Positions 39,778 to 47,930 of a DNA stretch of 59,524 bases are shown in pieces. The position numbers were made by a program, and so were the translations under genes. Source of the stretch: Clostridia bacterium (GTDB taxonomy: Bacteria > Bacillota > Clostridia > TANB77 > SIG350); the NCBI GenBank assembly GCA_028701115.1, contig JAQVRJ010000001.1, forward strand, positions 1-59,524, given 5' to 3'. Under the pieces are notes generated by a model. It was not told the origin of the DNA. It ran no database searches and saw only the letters and a program-made list of their open reading frames with translations. The first letter of the stretch is position 1; each line of letters begins with the position of its first letter.

Positions 39778-40671
39778 ATGAGAAAAATTGATTTGCATAA
39801 TCATACTAAATGTTCAGATGGCAAAAAGACACCAATTGATGTTTTAAAAGAAGCATATGAATTAGATCCAAACATGATTATATCCATTACAGATCATAAT
39901 AGGGTTGATGCTTATTATGAATTAAAAAGGGATATATCTTCAAACAAATATATTTTTGAAAATTTAAAAATTATATTTGGAACAGAACTTTCTGCAAATT
40001 ATGCTAATATTACAATAGATATATTAGGATATAACTACGATTTAGATTTAATGAAAAAAGAAACAGATAAATTAGCAAAAAAATATAAAAGACCTAAAAA
40101 TTTTTTAATTAATAATTGCTTAAGAATTGCAGAAGAAAATAATTTGGTTTTGAATGATAAAGTTTTTGAAAATTGCAAATTGTATATTTCTACTTTTCAT
40201 AAAGAATTATTGGAACATGAGGAAAACCATAAATTAGTTAATCCTGAAATCTCATTTAAGCAATTCTTTATAAATGAGATTAATAATCCACAATCTATAT
40301 TCTATATAAATTATGGTATGTTCAGGCCAAAAGTACAAGAAGTAATTGATGCAATTCATAATGCAAATGGAATAGCTTTTTTAGCACATCCAATACGTTA
40401 TAATTTTAGTTTAACAGATAATATAGAATTTTTTGTTAATGCAGGTATAGATGGATTAGAAGTTTGGTATCCAATGCATGATACAGAATATATTAATTAT
40501 TTATTAGCTTTAACTAAAAAATATAATTTGAAAGTATCTGGTGGTTCAGACAATCATAATTATCCGGATGATACTTTAGGATGTGTTAATCTTAGAGATA
40601 TTTCGCAAACCAATTGGATCAATGAAACTATTGAGGAAAATAAAGATTTTTATTCAATTATTTCCAAATAA
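39778..40671 (+). CDS. PHP-domain metal-dependent phosphoesterase
   Basis: IDLHNHTKCSDG, TDHN, AHP and GGSDNH motifs. I prefer the ATG at 39778 over the track start, which lies inside the terminator. Confidence 0.7.
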   Translation: MRKIDLHNHTKCSDGKKTPIDVLKEAYELDPNMIISITDHNRVDAYYELKRDISSNKYIFENLKIIFGTELSANYANITIDILGYNYDLDLMKKETDKLAKKYKRPKNFLINNCLRIAEENNLVLNDKVFENCKLYISTFHKELLEHEENHKLVNPEISFKQFFINEINNPQSIFYINYGMFRPKVQEVIDAIHNANGIAFLAHPIRYNFSLTDNIEFFVNAGIDGLEVWYPMHDTEYINYLLALTKKYNLKVSGGSDNHNYPDDTLGCVNLRDISQTNWINETIEENKDFYSIISK

Positions 40672-40778
40672 GCAATAAAGTATCTATATATTATATATAT
40701 AGATACTTTATTTATATCTATTTAATTGACTTAATTACCGATTTAATATAAAATATATACAATGAAAGAGGTGACAAA

Positions 40779-42101
40779 ATGTCAAAAGGAATGGTAGCAA
40801 TTATAGGTAGACCTAATGTTGGTAAATCTACATTCTTTAATTATTTAGCTGGTAAAAAAATATCCATAGTTGAAGATATACCAGGAGTTACTCGTGATAG
40901 AATTTTAACTGATTGCGAATGGAGGGGCAGAACATTTACAATTATAGATACTGGTGGTATTGAAATGAAAAGTAATGAACCACTTCATGAACATATGAAA
41001 AAACAAGCACAAATGGCAATGGATATGGCTGATGTTATAGTTTTTTTAACAGATATAAAACAAGGCGTTACGGCAGATGATACAGATATAGCTAATATGC
41101 TTAGAAAAATTAAAAAACCGATAGTATTAGTTGTTAATAAGGCAGATAAAACAGGAAAAACTTCAGATGATATTTATGAATTCTATAATTTAGGATTAGG
41201 CGAACCAAAACCTATATCTTGTATAAATGGTTTAGGAATTGGTGATGCACTAGATGAAATTTATAATAATTTACCTGAACAAGATGAACATGAAATTGAT
41301 GATGGAGTTATTAAAGTTGCAATTATTGGAAAGCCTAATGTAGGTAAATCGTCATTAGTAAATAAAATACTTGGAGAAGAAAGAGTAATTGTAAGTGATA
41401 TAGCAGGAACGACTCGTGATGCTGTAGATTCATATTTTGAAAATGATTTTGGAAAATATATTTTTATAGATACAGCAGGAATTAGGAAAAAGAGCAAAGT
41501 TGATGAAAAAATTGAATATTATAGTGTTATAAGAAGTAAAACTGCAATTGAAAGAGCCGATGTATGCTTGATATTGATAGATGCAGAAGAGGGTGTTACT
41601 GATCAAGATACAAAGATTGCAGGAGAAGCACATGAAGCTGGAAAAGGTATTATAATTGTTATAAATAAATGGGATAAAATTGAAAAAGATACAGGTACAT
41701 TAGAAAAATATAAAAAAGATGTTTATGGGAAATTAGCATATTTAACATATGCACCAGTAATGTTTATATCAGCTCAAACTGGACAAAGAATAAAAGATTT
41801 ATTTCAGAAAATCAATTATGTTGAAGGCCAAAACTCATTAAGAGTTTCTACATCAGCATTAAATAATGTTTTGAATGAAGCAATAGCTATGGTACAACCA
41901 CCAAGTGATAAAGGTAAACGTTTGAAAGTATTTTATATAACTCAAGCAGATATAAAACCTCCAACATTTGTGTTATTCGTAAATAATAAAGATTTAATGC
42001 ATTTTTCATATCAAAGATATATTGAAAATCAAATACGAAAAACTTTTGGAATGGATGGTACACCAATCAGATTTATAATTAAAGAGAGGAGTGAAGAGTA
42101 A
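40779..42101 (+). CDS. der: ribosome biogenesis GTPase Der (EngA)
   Basis: Two GTPase domains (GRPNVGKST, GKPNVGKSS; NKAD, NKWD) and a KH-like C-terminus. Confidence 0.95.
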   Translation: MSKGMVAIIGRPNVGKSTFFNYLAGKKISIVEDIPGVTRDRILTDCEWRGRTFTIIDTGGIEMKSNEPLHEHMKKQAQMAMDMADVIVFLTDIKQGVTADDTDIANMLRKIKKPIVLVVNKADKTGKTSDDIYEFYNLGLGEPKPISCINGLGIGDALDEIYNNLPEQDEHEIDDGVIKVAIIGKPNVGKSSLVNKILGEERVIVSDIAGTTRDAVDSYFENDFGKYIFIDTAGIRKKSKVDEKIEYYSVIRSKTAIERADVCLILIDAEEGVTDQDTKIAGEAHEAGKGIIIVINKWDKIEKDTGTLEKYKKDVYGKLAYLTYAPVMFISAQTGQRIKDLFQKINYVEGQNSLRVSTSALNNVLNEAIAMVQPPSDKGKRLKVFYITQADIKPPTFVLFVNNKDLMHFSYQRYIENQIRKTFGMDGTPIRFIIKERSEE

Positions 42102-42712
42102 TGTCTATATGGTATATTTTAATAGTAGTAGTTGGATATTTAATAGGTAGCATTAATTTGTCAATAGTATTAACAAAAAAAGTAAAGGGTATTGATATAC
42201 GAAAAGAAGGTAGTGGTAATGCTGGTACAACAAATACATTAAGAGTATTAGGCAAAAAGTATGCAGCAATAGTATTGTTATTTGATATATTAAAAGGTGT
42301 AATTGTAATTTTAATTGCAATGCTAATTTCACCATTAGTTGCAGATGCTAATTTATTGATAAGTTTAGGTGGATTAGCAGTAATATTAGGGCACAACTTC
42401 CCATTATATTATAACTTTAAAGGTGGTAAAGGTGTAGCAACTACATTAGGAATAATATTAATAGTAACACCAAGCCTTGGTTGTATTTGTTTAATATTTG
42501 GTCTTATAATTATAGCATTAACAAAAATGGTCTCAGTAGGATCAATTTTAGCAGCAATATTATATCCAATATTAGTATTGTTCTTAGCAAAAGAATATTT
42601 TATATTTGCATTATTTGTATCATTATTATTAATATTTAGGCATAGAAAGAATATTAAAAAAATACTTGAAGGTAACGAAAGTAAAATATCATTATTTAAG
42701 AAAAAGGAGTAA
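42101..42712 (+). CDS. plsY: glycerol-3-phosphate acyltransferase PlsY
   Basis: GSGNAGTTN and FKGGKGVAT motifs. The der-plsY-gpsA order is conserved synteny. Confidence 0.9.
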   Translation: MSIWYILIVVVGYLIGSINLSIVLTKKVKGIDIRKEGSGNAGTTNTLRVLGKKYAAIVLLFDILKGVIVILIAMLISPLVADANLLISLGGLAVILGHNFPLYYNFKGGKGVATTLGIILIVTPSLGCICLIFGLIIIALTKMVSVGSILAAILYPILVLFLAKEYFIFALFVSLLLIFRHRKNIKKILEGNESKISLFKKKE

Positions 42713-42717
42713 TAGGC

Positions 42718-43707
42718 ATGAATAAGAAAATTGCTATTTTAGGAAGTGGAAGTTGGGGTATAGGTTTATCAATATTATTAAATAAAAATGGATATGATCC
42801 ATATGTTTGGTCTTTTGCACAAGAAGAAGCGGATTTAATAAATAAAGAACATAAATGTATGTTTTTACCAGAAGTAAAATTAGATGAACATATTAAATGT
42901 TCAACAAACTTTGAAGAAGTAATAACTGGAGCAAAATTCATTATTCTTGTTACGCCTTCGCATGCAATAAGAACAACAATTAAAAATTGCAAACAATATA
43001 TAAATAAAGATCAAAGTATAATAATATGTTCAAAAGGATTAGAAGAAGCAACATTAAAAACTTTATCTGAAGTCGTTGAAGAAGAATTACCTGAAAATAA
43101 AGTTGGAGTATTATCTGGACCAAGTCATGCTGAAGAAGTTGCAAAGGGTATACCAACAACAATAGTTTTATGTTCAAAACATGATGATGTATTACAAGAA
43201 TTACAGGATATATTTATGTCAGATATATTTAGAGTATATACATCAAATGATGTTATAGCTGTAGAAACTGGTGGAGCATTTAAGAATATTATTGCTTTAG
43301 CAGCTGGAATGGCAGCAGGATTAGGCTATGGAGATAATACTTTTGCTGCATTAATAACAAGAGGATTAGCAGAATTATCTAGATTAGGTGTGAAAATGGG
43401 TGGAGAAGAAAAAACATTTTATGGATTGTCTGGATTAGGAGATATTATTGTTACTTGTTTAAGTGAACACAGTAGAAATAGAAAATGCGGATTCTTAATA
43501 GGCCAAGGGGTACCTGTTGAAGAAGCAATAAAACAAGTTGGTATGGTTGTTGAAGGTATTATTGCAACAAAAGTTGCAAAAAAGGTAGTTGAAAAATATG
43601 ATGTTGAAACACCAATTATAAATGCAACATATAGTGTGTTGTTTGAAGGACAAGATCCAAAAGAGATGGTTACAAAACTTATGACAAGAGCTAAAAAAAG
43701 TGAATAA
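42718..43707 (+). CDS. gpsA: NAD(P)H-dependent glycerol-3-phosphate dehydrogenase
   Basis: GSGSWG, GPSHAEEV and GAFKNIIALAAG motifs. Confidence 0.95.
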   Translation: MNKKIAILGSGSWGIGLSILLNKNGYDPYVWSFAQEEADLINKEHKCMFLPEVKLDEHIKCSTNFEEVITGAKFIILVTPSHAIRTTIKNCKQYINKDQSIIICSKGLEEATLKTLSEVVEEELPENKVGVLSGPSHAEEVAKGIPTTIVLCSKHDDVLQELQDIFMSDIFRVYTSNDVIAVETGGAFKNIIALAAGMAAGLGYGDNTFAALITRGLAELSRLGVKMGGEEKTFYGLSGLGDIIVTCLSEHSRNRKCGFLIGQGVPVEEAIKQVGMVVEGIIATKVAKKVVEKYDVETPIINATYSVLFEGQDPKEMVTKLMTRAKKSE

Positions 43708-43721
43708 AGGGGGAATGTGGA

Positions 43722-44252
43722 ATGGGTATATTAGATGATTTCGGTAAAGTTGTTTCAGATACATATAAATCTGCAACAAAAACATCTGGAAAGATTATTG
43801 AAGAAGGAAAATTGAAATTATTAATAATGGATAATGAATCTGCTATGAAAGAAATATATCAATCAATAGGTAAAGAATATTGTGAAACATATTTCAAAGG
43901 TGAATTATTAAATAATGATAAATTTCAAAATGAATTTGATGAATTAAAAAGAATGCAATTAGAAAATAGTCAAGCACAAGAAAGAATACTTGAATTAAAG
44001 AGTGTAAGAAAATGTACAAATTGCGATAAAGAAATAGATTTGAATAGTACATTTTGTCATTATTGTGGAACTAAACAACCTGATTATGTTCCTACTAAAC
44101 AAGATAATGAAGAAGAAAATATTGCAGATGTAAAGATTGAAGCTGAATCAGTTGAAGAGGTAATCGTTTCGGAAATACAATGCAAAAATTGTAACGCAAA
44201 TATTAAATCTAGTGATGATTTCTGTCCAAATTGTGGAGCTAAAATAGAATAA
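43722..44252 (+). CDS. double zinc-ribbon protein
   Basis: CTNC..CHYCG and CKNC..CPNCG follow a coiled-coil N-terminal half. Confidence 0.55.
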   Translation: MGILDDFGKVVSDTYKSATKTSGKIIEEGKLKLLIMDNESAMKEIYQSIGKEYCETYFKGELLNNDKFQNEFDELKRMQLENSQAQERILELKSVRKCTNCDKEIDLNSTFCHYCGTKQPDYVPTKQDNEEENIADVKIEAESVEEVIVSEIQCKNCNANIKSSDDFCPNCGAKIE

Positions 44253-44354
44253 TATAGTTATAATGTCAATAATATATATGGGGTGCCATATGTATTATTT
44301 TTTATCTTTGTGGCTGGAATATAGCCATTAATTAATGCTATTTCAGTAGTTAGG

Positions 44355-44383
44355 TTGCTAAAAATTTAATTTTATTGTATAAT
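44355..44383 (+). promoter_or_regulatory. promoter of array gene 1
   Basis: TTGCTA-N17-TATAAT. Confidence 0.55.
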
Positions 44384-44405
44384 AATAAAGTAATAGGAAT
44401 TTATT

Positions 44406-44879
44406 ATGAAAGAATTTGATCCTTCAAATTTAGCTCAGAGACATGTCTTATGTAAAGATAATACTAAGATTCAAAATGTTCCTGATGATTGCGGAGAAAA
44501 CTGTTTGTCTACTGGTATGATTTATCATATGGAAGATTTAATAGTTAATAATGACCTTACATTAGTTCAATTAAAAGAATTGCCTAAATTATGGTTTTAT
44601 TCAACGCGTTTTGCCGAAGTTGAGTATTATGAAAATTCTAGTGATTTTGATATTCGTGATACTAGAATGCGACATGTTGTTTGTGTTAATAATCAAGACA
44701 TAAATTGGTCTTTAAATGGTAATGCATCACAGCATTTGAAAGTAGGAGAAATCTATCATGCTTTGGGGATTGAAGTTCACGGATTCCATACAAGAGTTAG
44801 TTTACTTGAATTTCCTAAGTTGCAGTTCAATTCAATTAATTTTTCAGAAATTAGCATTTCTGAAGATGAAGAGTTCTAA
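44406..44879 (+). CDS. array paralog 1: uncharacterised two-module protein (internal duplication)
   Basis: 157 aa. Both halves carry RH..C, G.IYH and F.S..F.E motifs. It is paralogous to the next three genes. Confidence 0.8.
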   Translation: MKEFDPSNLAQRHVLCKDNTKIQNVPDDCGENCLSTGMIYHMEDLIVNNDLTLVQLKELPKLWFYSTRFAEVEYYENSSDFDIRDTRMRHVVCVNNQDINWSLNGNASQHLKVGEIYHALGIEVHGFHTRVSLLEFPKLQFNSINFSEISISEDEEF

Positions 44880-44915
44880 AAAAACATATCTTTTTTGATA
44901 TGTAATTTTTTTTTG
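44878..44915 (+). terminator. terminator of array gene 1
   Basis: acatatc-tttttt-gatatgt hairpin, then a T-run. Confidence 0.75.
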
Positions 44916-44994
44916 AAAAATTAAAATATATAGTACTATATAATCTGGATAAATAGTGAATTAATATAGAAATTAGATTATATATTTGCTAATT
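44916..44994 (+). repeat. internally deleted rnpB relic (spacer 1)
   Basis: attaaaatatatag matches the rnpB -10/+1 region. 44928-44994 aligns without gaps to the rnpB 3' end (47117-47183) with 50 of 67 identities by hand count. Confidence 0.7.
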
Positions 44995-45022
44995 TGCATA
45001 AAATCTATATTTGTTGTATAAT
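44994..45022 (+). promoter_or_regulatory. promoter of array gene 2
   Basis: TTGCAT-N17-TATAAT. Confidence 0.6.
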
Positions 45023-45045
45023 TATTATGTAAGTGAAATTATATT

Positions 45046-45519
45046 ATGAAGGATTTAGATTATTTAAATTCTAAATTAAGACATTTACTTTGCGTAGATG
45101 ATTCTAACGCTAAAGTTGGTGTTGATGATAAAGGAGAAATTAATTTAATGGCTGGTATGGTTTATCATTTGCAAGCTCTAAAAGTTTATGATAACTATAC
45201 ATTAGTTCAATTAAATGAATTTCCTGAATTGTGGTTTAATTCAATGCGCTTTACAGAAGTAGAATATTCGAAAGATTTTAGTGATTTCCATATTTTTGAT
45301 TCTAGAATGCGACACGTTGTTTGTATTAATAATGAAGATATTTATTGGTCTTTCAACGATAATGCATCAAAGTATTTGAAAGTAGGATGGATCTATCATG
45401 TATCGGAAGTCGAAGTTCATGATTGGCATACGAGAATTCGTTTGCTTGAATTCTCTGGTTTGCAGTTTCAATCAACACATTTTTCAGAAATTATTTTTCG
45501 TAGGGAAGCTATATGCTAA
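45046..45519 (+). CDS. array paralog 2: uncharacterised two-module protein
   Basis: 157 aa with the same motif pattern in both halves. Confidence 0.8.
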   Translation: MKDLDYLNSKLRHLLCVDDSNAKVGVDDKGEINLMAGMVYHLQALKVYDNYTLVQLNEFPELWFNSMRFTEVEYSKDFSDFHIFDSRMRHVVCINNEDIYWSFNDNASKYLKVGWIYHVSEVEVHDWHTRIRLLEFSGLQFQSTHFSEIIFRREAIC

Positions 45520-45554
45520 CACAACATATCTTTTTGATATGTTGTGTTTTTTTG
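45519..45554 (+). terminator. terminator of array gene 2
   Basis: acaacatatc-ttttt-gatatgttgt hairpin, then a T-run. Confidence 0.75.
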
Positions 45555-45638
45555 AAATAAATTCAAAATGCATAGTAATATATAATTTAAATAAATAATA
45601 AACTAATAGTTAATCTGTCTTATTGATTATTTGCTAAT
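45551..45638 (+). repeat. internally deleted rnpB relic (spacer 2)
   Basis: aattcaaaatgcat matches the rnpB promoter spacer. 45574-45638 aligns to the rnpB 3' end at about three quarters identity with one small indel. Confidence 0.65.
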
Positions 45639-45667
45639 TTGCATAAAATATAATTTTATAGTATAAT
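45639..45667 (+). promoter_or_regulatory. promoter of array gene 3
   Basis: TTGCAT-N17-TATAAT. Confidence 0.6.
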
Positions 45668-45690
45668 TATAATATTAGTAGGAAATTATT

Positions 45691-46176
45691 ATGAAAAAAG
45701 TGAATTTATTATTTAATTCTGAACCAAGACTTGTGTTTTGCGTTGACACTACTGAGGCATTAGATGGTCTTAATGATACTGGACATATCAATTTAATTCC
45801 TGGCATATTTTATCATTTGGATGCTGTAAAAAAAGTTGTAGAAAATGACAAGATTTATTTAGAAGTTGCATTGAAAGAACTCGAAGACGCTTTTTTTAAT
45901 GTAAATCGTTTCGTCGAAGTTGAATATGAAAAAAGGTTTGGTGATTTTGATATTCGTAATCCTAGAATGAGGCATATTGCTTGTGTTAATAATGATGACT
46001 TCATATTTGGTTGCAAAGATAATGCATCAAAGTATTTGAAAAGAGGGAAAATTTATCATGTGTTAGAAGTCCATATTGATATACAAGGCATATATGTTCT
46101 ATTGCATGAATTCCCTAATTTGGAGTTTAATGCAGGACATTTTTCTGAGATTGTTCCCGTTGTTAATGAATGCTAA
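45691..46176 (+). CDS. array paralog 3: uncharacterised two-module protein (most divergent)
   Basis: 161 aa. The first module has RL instead of RH. The other motifs are kept. Confidence 0.8.
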   Translation: MKKVNLLFNSEPRLVFCVDTTEALDGLNDTGHINLIPGIFYHLDAVKKVVENDKIYLEVALKELEDAFFNVNRFVEVEYEKRFGDFDIRNPRMRHIACVNNDDFIFGCKDNASKYLKRGKIYHVLEVHIDIQGIYVLLHEFPNLEFNAGHFSEIVPVVNEC

Positions 46177-46208
46177 AAAACATATCTTTTTTGATATGTA
46201 TTTTTTAT
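46176..46208 (+). terminator. terminator of array gene 3
   Basis: acatatc-tttttt-gatatgt hairpin, then a T-run. Confidence 0.75.
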
Positions 46209-46260
46209 TGACAACAATTCCAAAATGTATAGTAATAGAAATTAGCTTATGGATTTGCTA
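46208..46260 (+). repeat. internally deleted rnpB relic (spacer 3, largest deletion)
   Basis: ttgacaacaattccaaaatgtat matches the rnpB promoter ttgacaataattctaaaatgcat. gaaattagcttatggatttgcta matches the rnpB end gaacccggcttatagatttgcta. Confidence 0.6.
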
Positions 46261-46261
46261 T

Positions 46262-46290
46262 TTGCATAAAATCTAAATTTACTGTATAAT
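46262..46290 (+). promoter_or_regulatory. promoter of array gene 4
   Basis: TTGCAT-N17-TATAAT. Confidence 0.6.
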
Positions 46291-46312
46291 TACTAATCAG
46301 TAGGAATTTATT

Positions 46313-46783
46313 ATGAAGGAAATGGATTTATTTAATTCTAAACCAAGACATGTATTCTGTGTTGACGATACTGAGGCAGAAGATAGTCTTAATGATTATG
46401 GAGAACACAAATTAATTGCTGGTAAGATTTATCATTTGAAAGCTTTAAAAATGGATAATGGTAATCCAGTAGTTAAATTGAATGAATTTTCTGACATGTT
46501 GTTTAATTCAACGCGTTTTGCAGAAATTCAATATTCTGAAGGTTCTAGTGATTTTCATATTATGGATCCTAGCATAAGGCATGTTGCCTGTATTAACAAC
46601 CACGACATGAGTTGGCTTTTCAAAGATAATGCATCAAAGCATTTAAGAATAGGAAAAATTTATCATATGTCTGAGGTTGAAATTTGTGATCGGTATGCAT
46701 TAGTCCGGTTATTCGACATACCTAAATTACAGTTTAATTCAATGCATTTTTCAGAACTTAGAATTTTTAAAAATTATGCATAA
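46313..46783 (+). CDS. array paralog 4: uncharacterised two-module protein
   Basis: 156 aa with the same motif pattern in both halves. Confidence 0.8.
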   Translation: MKEMDLFNSKPRHVFCVDDTEAEDSLNDYGEHKLIAGKIYHLKALKMDNGNPVVKLNEFSDMLFNSTRFAEIQYSEGSSDFHIMDPSIRHVACINNHDMSWLFKDNASKHLRIGKIYHMSEVEICDRYALVRLFDIPKLQFNSMHFSELRIFKNYA

Positions 46784-46785
46784 TA

Positions 46786-46816
46786 AAAACATATCTTTTT
46801 TGATATGTGTTTTTTA
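46786..46816 (+). terminator. terminator of array gene 4
   Basis: acatatc-tttttt-gatatgt hairpin, then a T-run. Confidence 0.75.
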
Positions 46817-46845
46817 TTGACAATAATTCTAAAATGCATTAAAAT
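46817..46845 (+). promoter_or_regulatory. rnpB promoter
   Basis: TTGACA (46817-46822)-N17-TAAAAT (46840-46845), about 10 nt before the predicted P1 5' strand. Confidence 0.65.
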
Positions 46846-46854
46846 ATATATATA

Positions 46855-47180
46855 GTAAATCAGATGATCGTATGCGAAAGCATGAGGAAAGTCCGGGCAC
46901 CATAGGGCGGGGATGCTGGATAACGTCCAGTAAAGGTGACTTTAAGGAAAGTGCAACAGAAAATTACCGCATTACTTTGTAATGTAAGGGTGAAAAAGTG
47001 AGGTAAGAGCTTACTAGTAATATGGTGACATATTATTTTGTGTAAACCCCATTCGGTGCAACACCAAAAATAAATATATATAACGGCCCGTTATGTTTAG
47101 GTAGGTGGCTTGAATTATATAGCAATATATAATCTAGATAAATGATCGTCTAATACAGAACCCGGCTTATAGATTTGCTA
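46855..47180 (+). ncRNA. rnpB: RNase P RNA, bacterial type A
   Basis: GAGGAAAGTCCGGGC (P4 5') and ACAGAACCCGGCTTA (P4 3') are present. So are AAGGGTGAAA..GGTAAGAGC and GTAAACCCC..GGTGCAA blocks. P1 pairs gtaaatc with gatttgc, and P2 pairs agatgatcgt with atgatcgtct. Confidence 0.92.
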
Positions 47181-47186
47181 AATATG

Positions 47187-47226
47187 AAAGACAATAGGAT
47201 AAACCTATTGTCTTTCTTTTGTTTTT
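47187..47226. terminator. bidirectional terminator between rnpB and the convergent genes
   Basis: aaagacaatagg (47187-47198) pairs with cctattgtcttt (47204-47215), then cttttgttttt. Confidence 0.75.
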
Positions 47227-47250
47227 AATATTGAAATATTTTTTATTTTA

Positions 47251-47490
47251 TTATATGTTTTTTAAAACATTTTTAATTAAGTTTTCATCTTCAATAATTT
47301 CAAATTTTGCTCCAAACATATTATTATATTTTTTATCTTTTAAAAGAATCATTTTAGGATCATTTGGAATGGTATCAATTATATATTCTGATGCAAGAAT
47401 ATAATTATTTGATTTATATGGGATGATGGATAATATGCAAAAATCTATATTATCTATATTTAATATTTTTCCAACATTATAATTTTCCAT
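47251..47490 (-). CDS. small hypothetical protein
   Basis: 79-aa ORF, 9 nt after the upstream ORF. It resembles DUF1292-type small acidic proteins only weakly. Confidence 0.35.
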   Translation of the reverse strand: MENYNVGKILNIDNIDFCILSIIPYKSNNYILASEYIIDTIPNDPKMILLKDKKYNNMFGAKFEIIEDENLIKNVLKNI

Positions 47491-47499
47491 TATGTCTCC

Positions 47500-47868
47500 T
47501 TATTTTAAAAATTCTTTAAAATTATTTTGTATATATGAATAATCTATTTTTAAATCTTTAGTATTGCCAATTTCTTTTGCAATACTGTTGAATTTAAACA
47601 TATAATCGGTACCCGGCACACCAGTAATATTTTCAAGTAGATGTGAAATGCTACTGTTGTTTTGCATATTACAAAAAGGGAATGTTTTAGAAATATTATT
47701 TATTGAGCAACATGCTGAAGATATAACAGCTGAATTATTAAATTCTTTTTTTGATATATTTGCAAAAAATGGCACAAAAAAGAATGATGAATTAGAATTT
47801 TGTTTTATTTCTGCGCCAGATCTTGCTATATAATTAGATAATAATTCTATATCATTACTTACTTTCAT
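47500..47868 (-). CDS. hypothetical protein
   Basis: 122-aa ORF preceded by an AGGGGGAATAT SD. No motif recognised. Confidence 0.4.
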   Translation of the reverse strand: MKVSNDIELLSNYIARSGAEIKQNSNSSFFFVPFFANISKKEFNNSAVISSACCSINNISKTFPFCNMQNNSSISHLLENITGVPGTDYMFKFNSIAKEIGNTKDLKIDYSYIQNNFKEFLK

Positions 47869-47930
47869 ATATTCCCCCTATTTTATATTTTGATTATATC
47901 ACAAAAAAACAAATATACAAGTATATAATA

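Noticed and set aside
45398-46276. Two similar 66-aa plus-strand ORFs (45398-45598 and 46076-46276) overlapping the 3' ends of array genes 2 and 3.
   Set aside because: They run in an alternative frame straight through the terminator hairpins into the spacers. They resemble each other only because the underlying DNA is a repeat.
44253-46860. Whether the periodic repeats could be a CRISPR array or a transposon cluster.
   Set aside because: The period is ~640 bp, and the repeated units are full genes with promoters and terminators. There are no short direct repeats with unique spacers, no cas genes, no transposase and no terminal inverted repeats.
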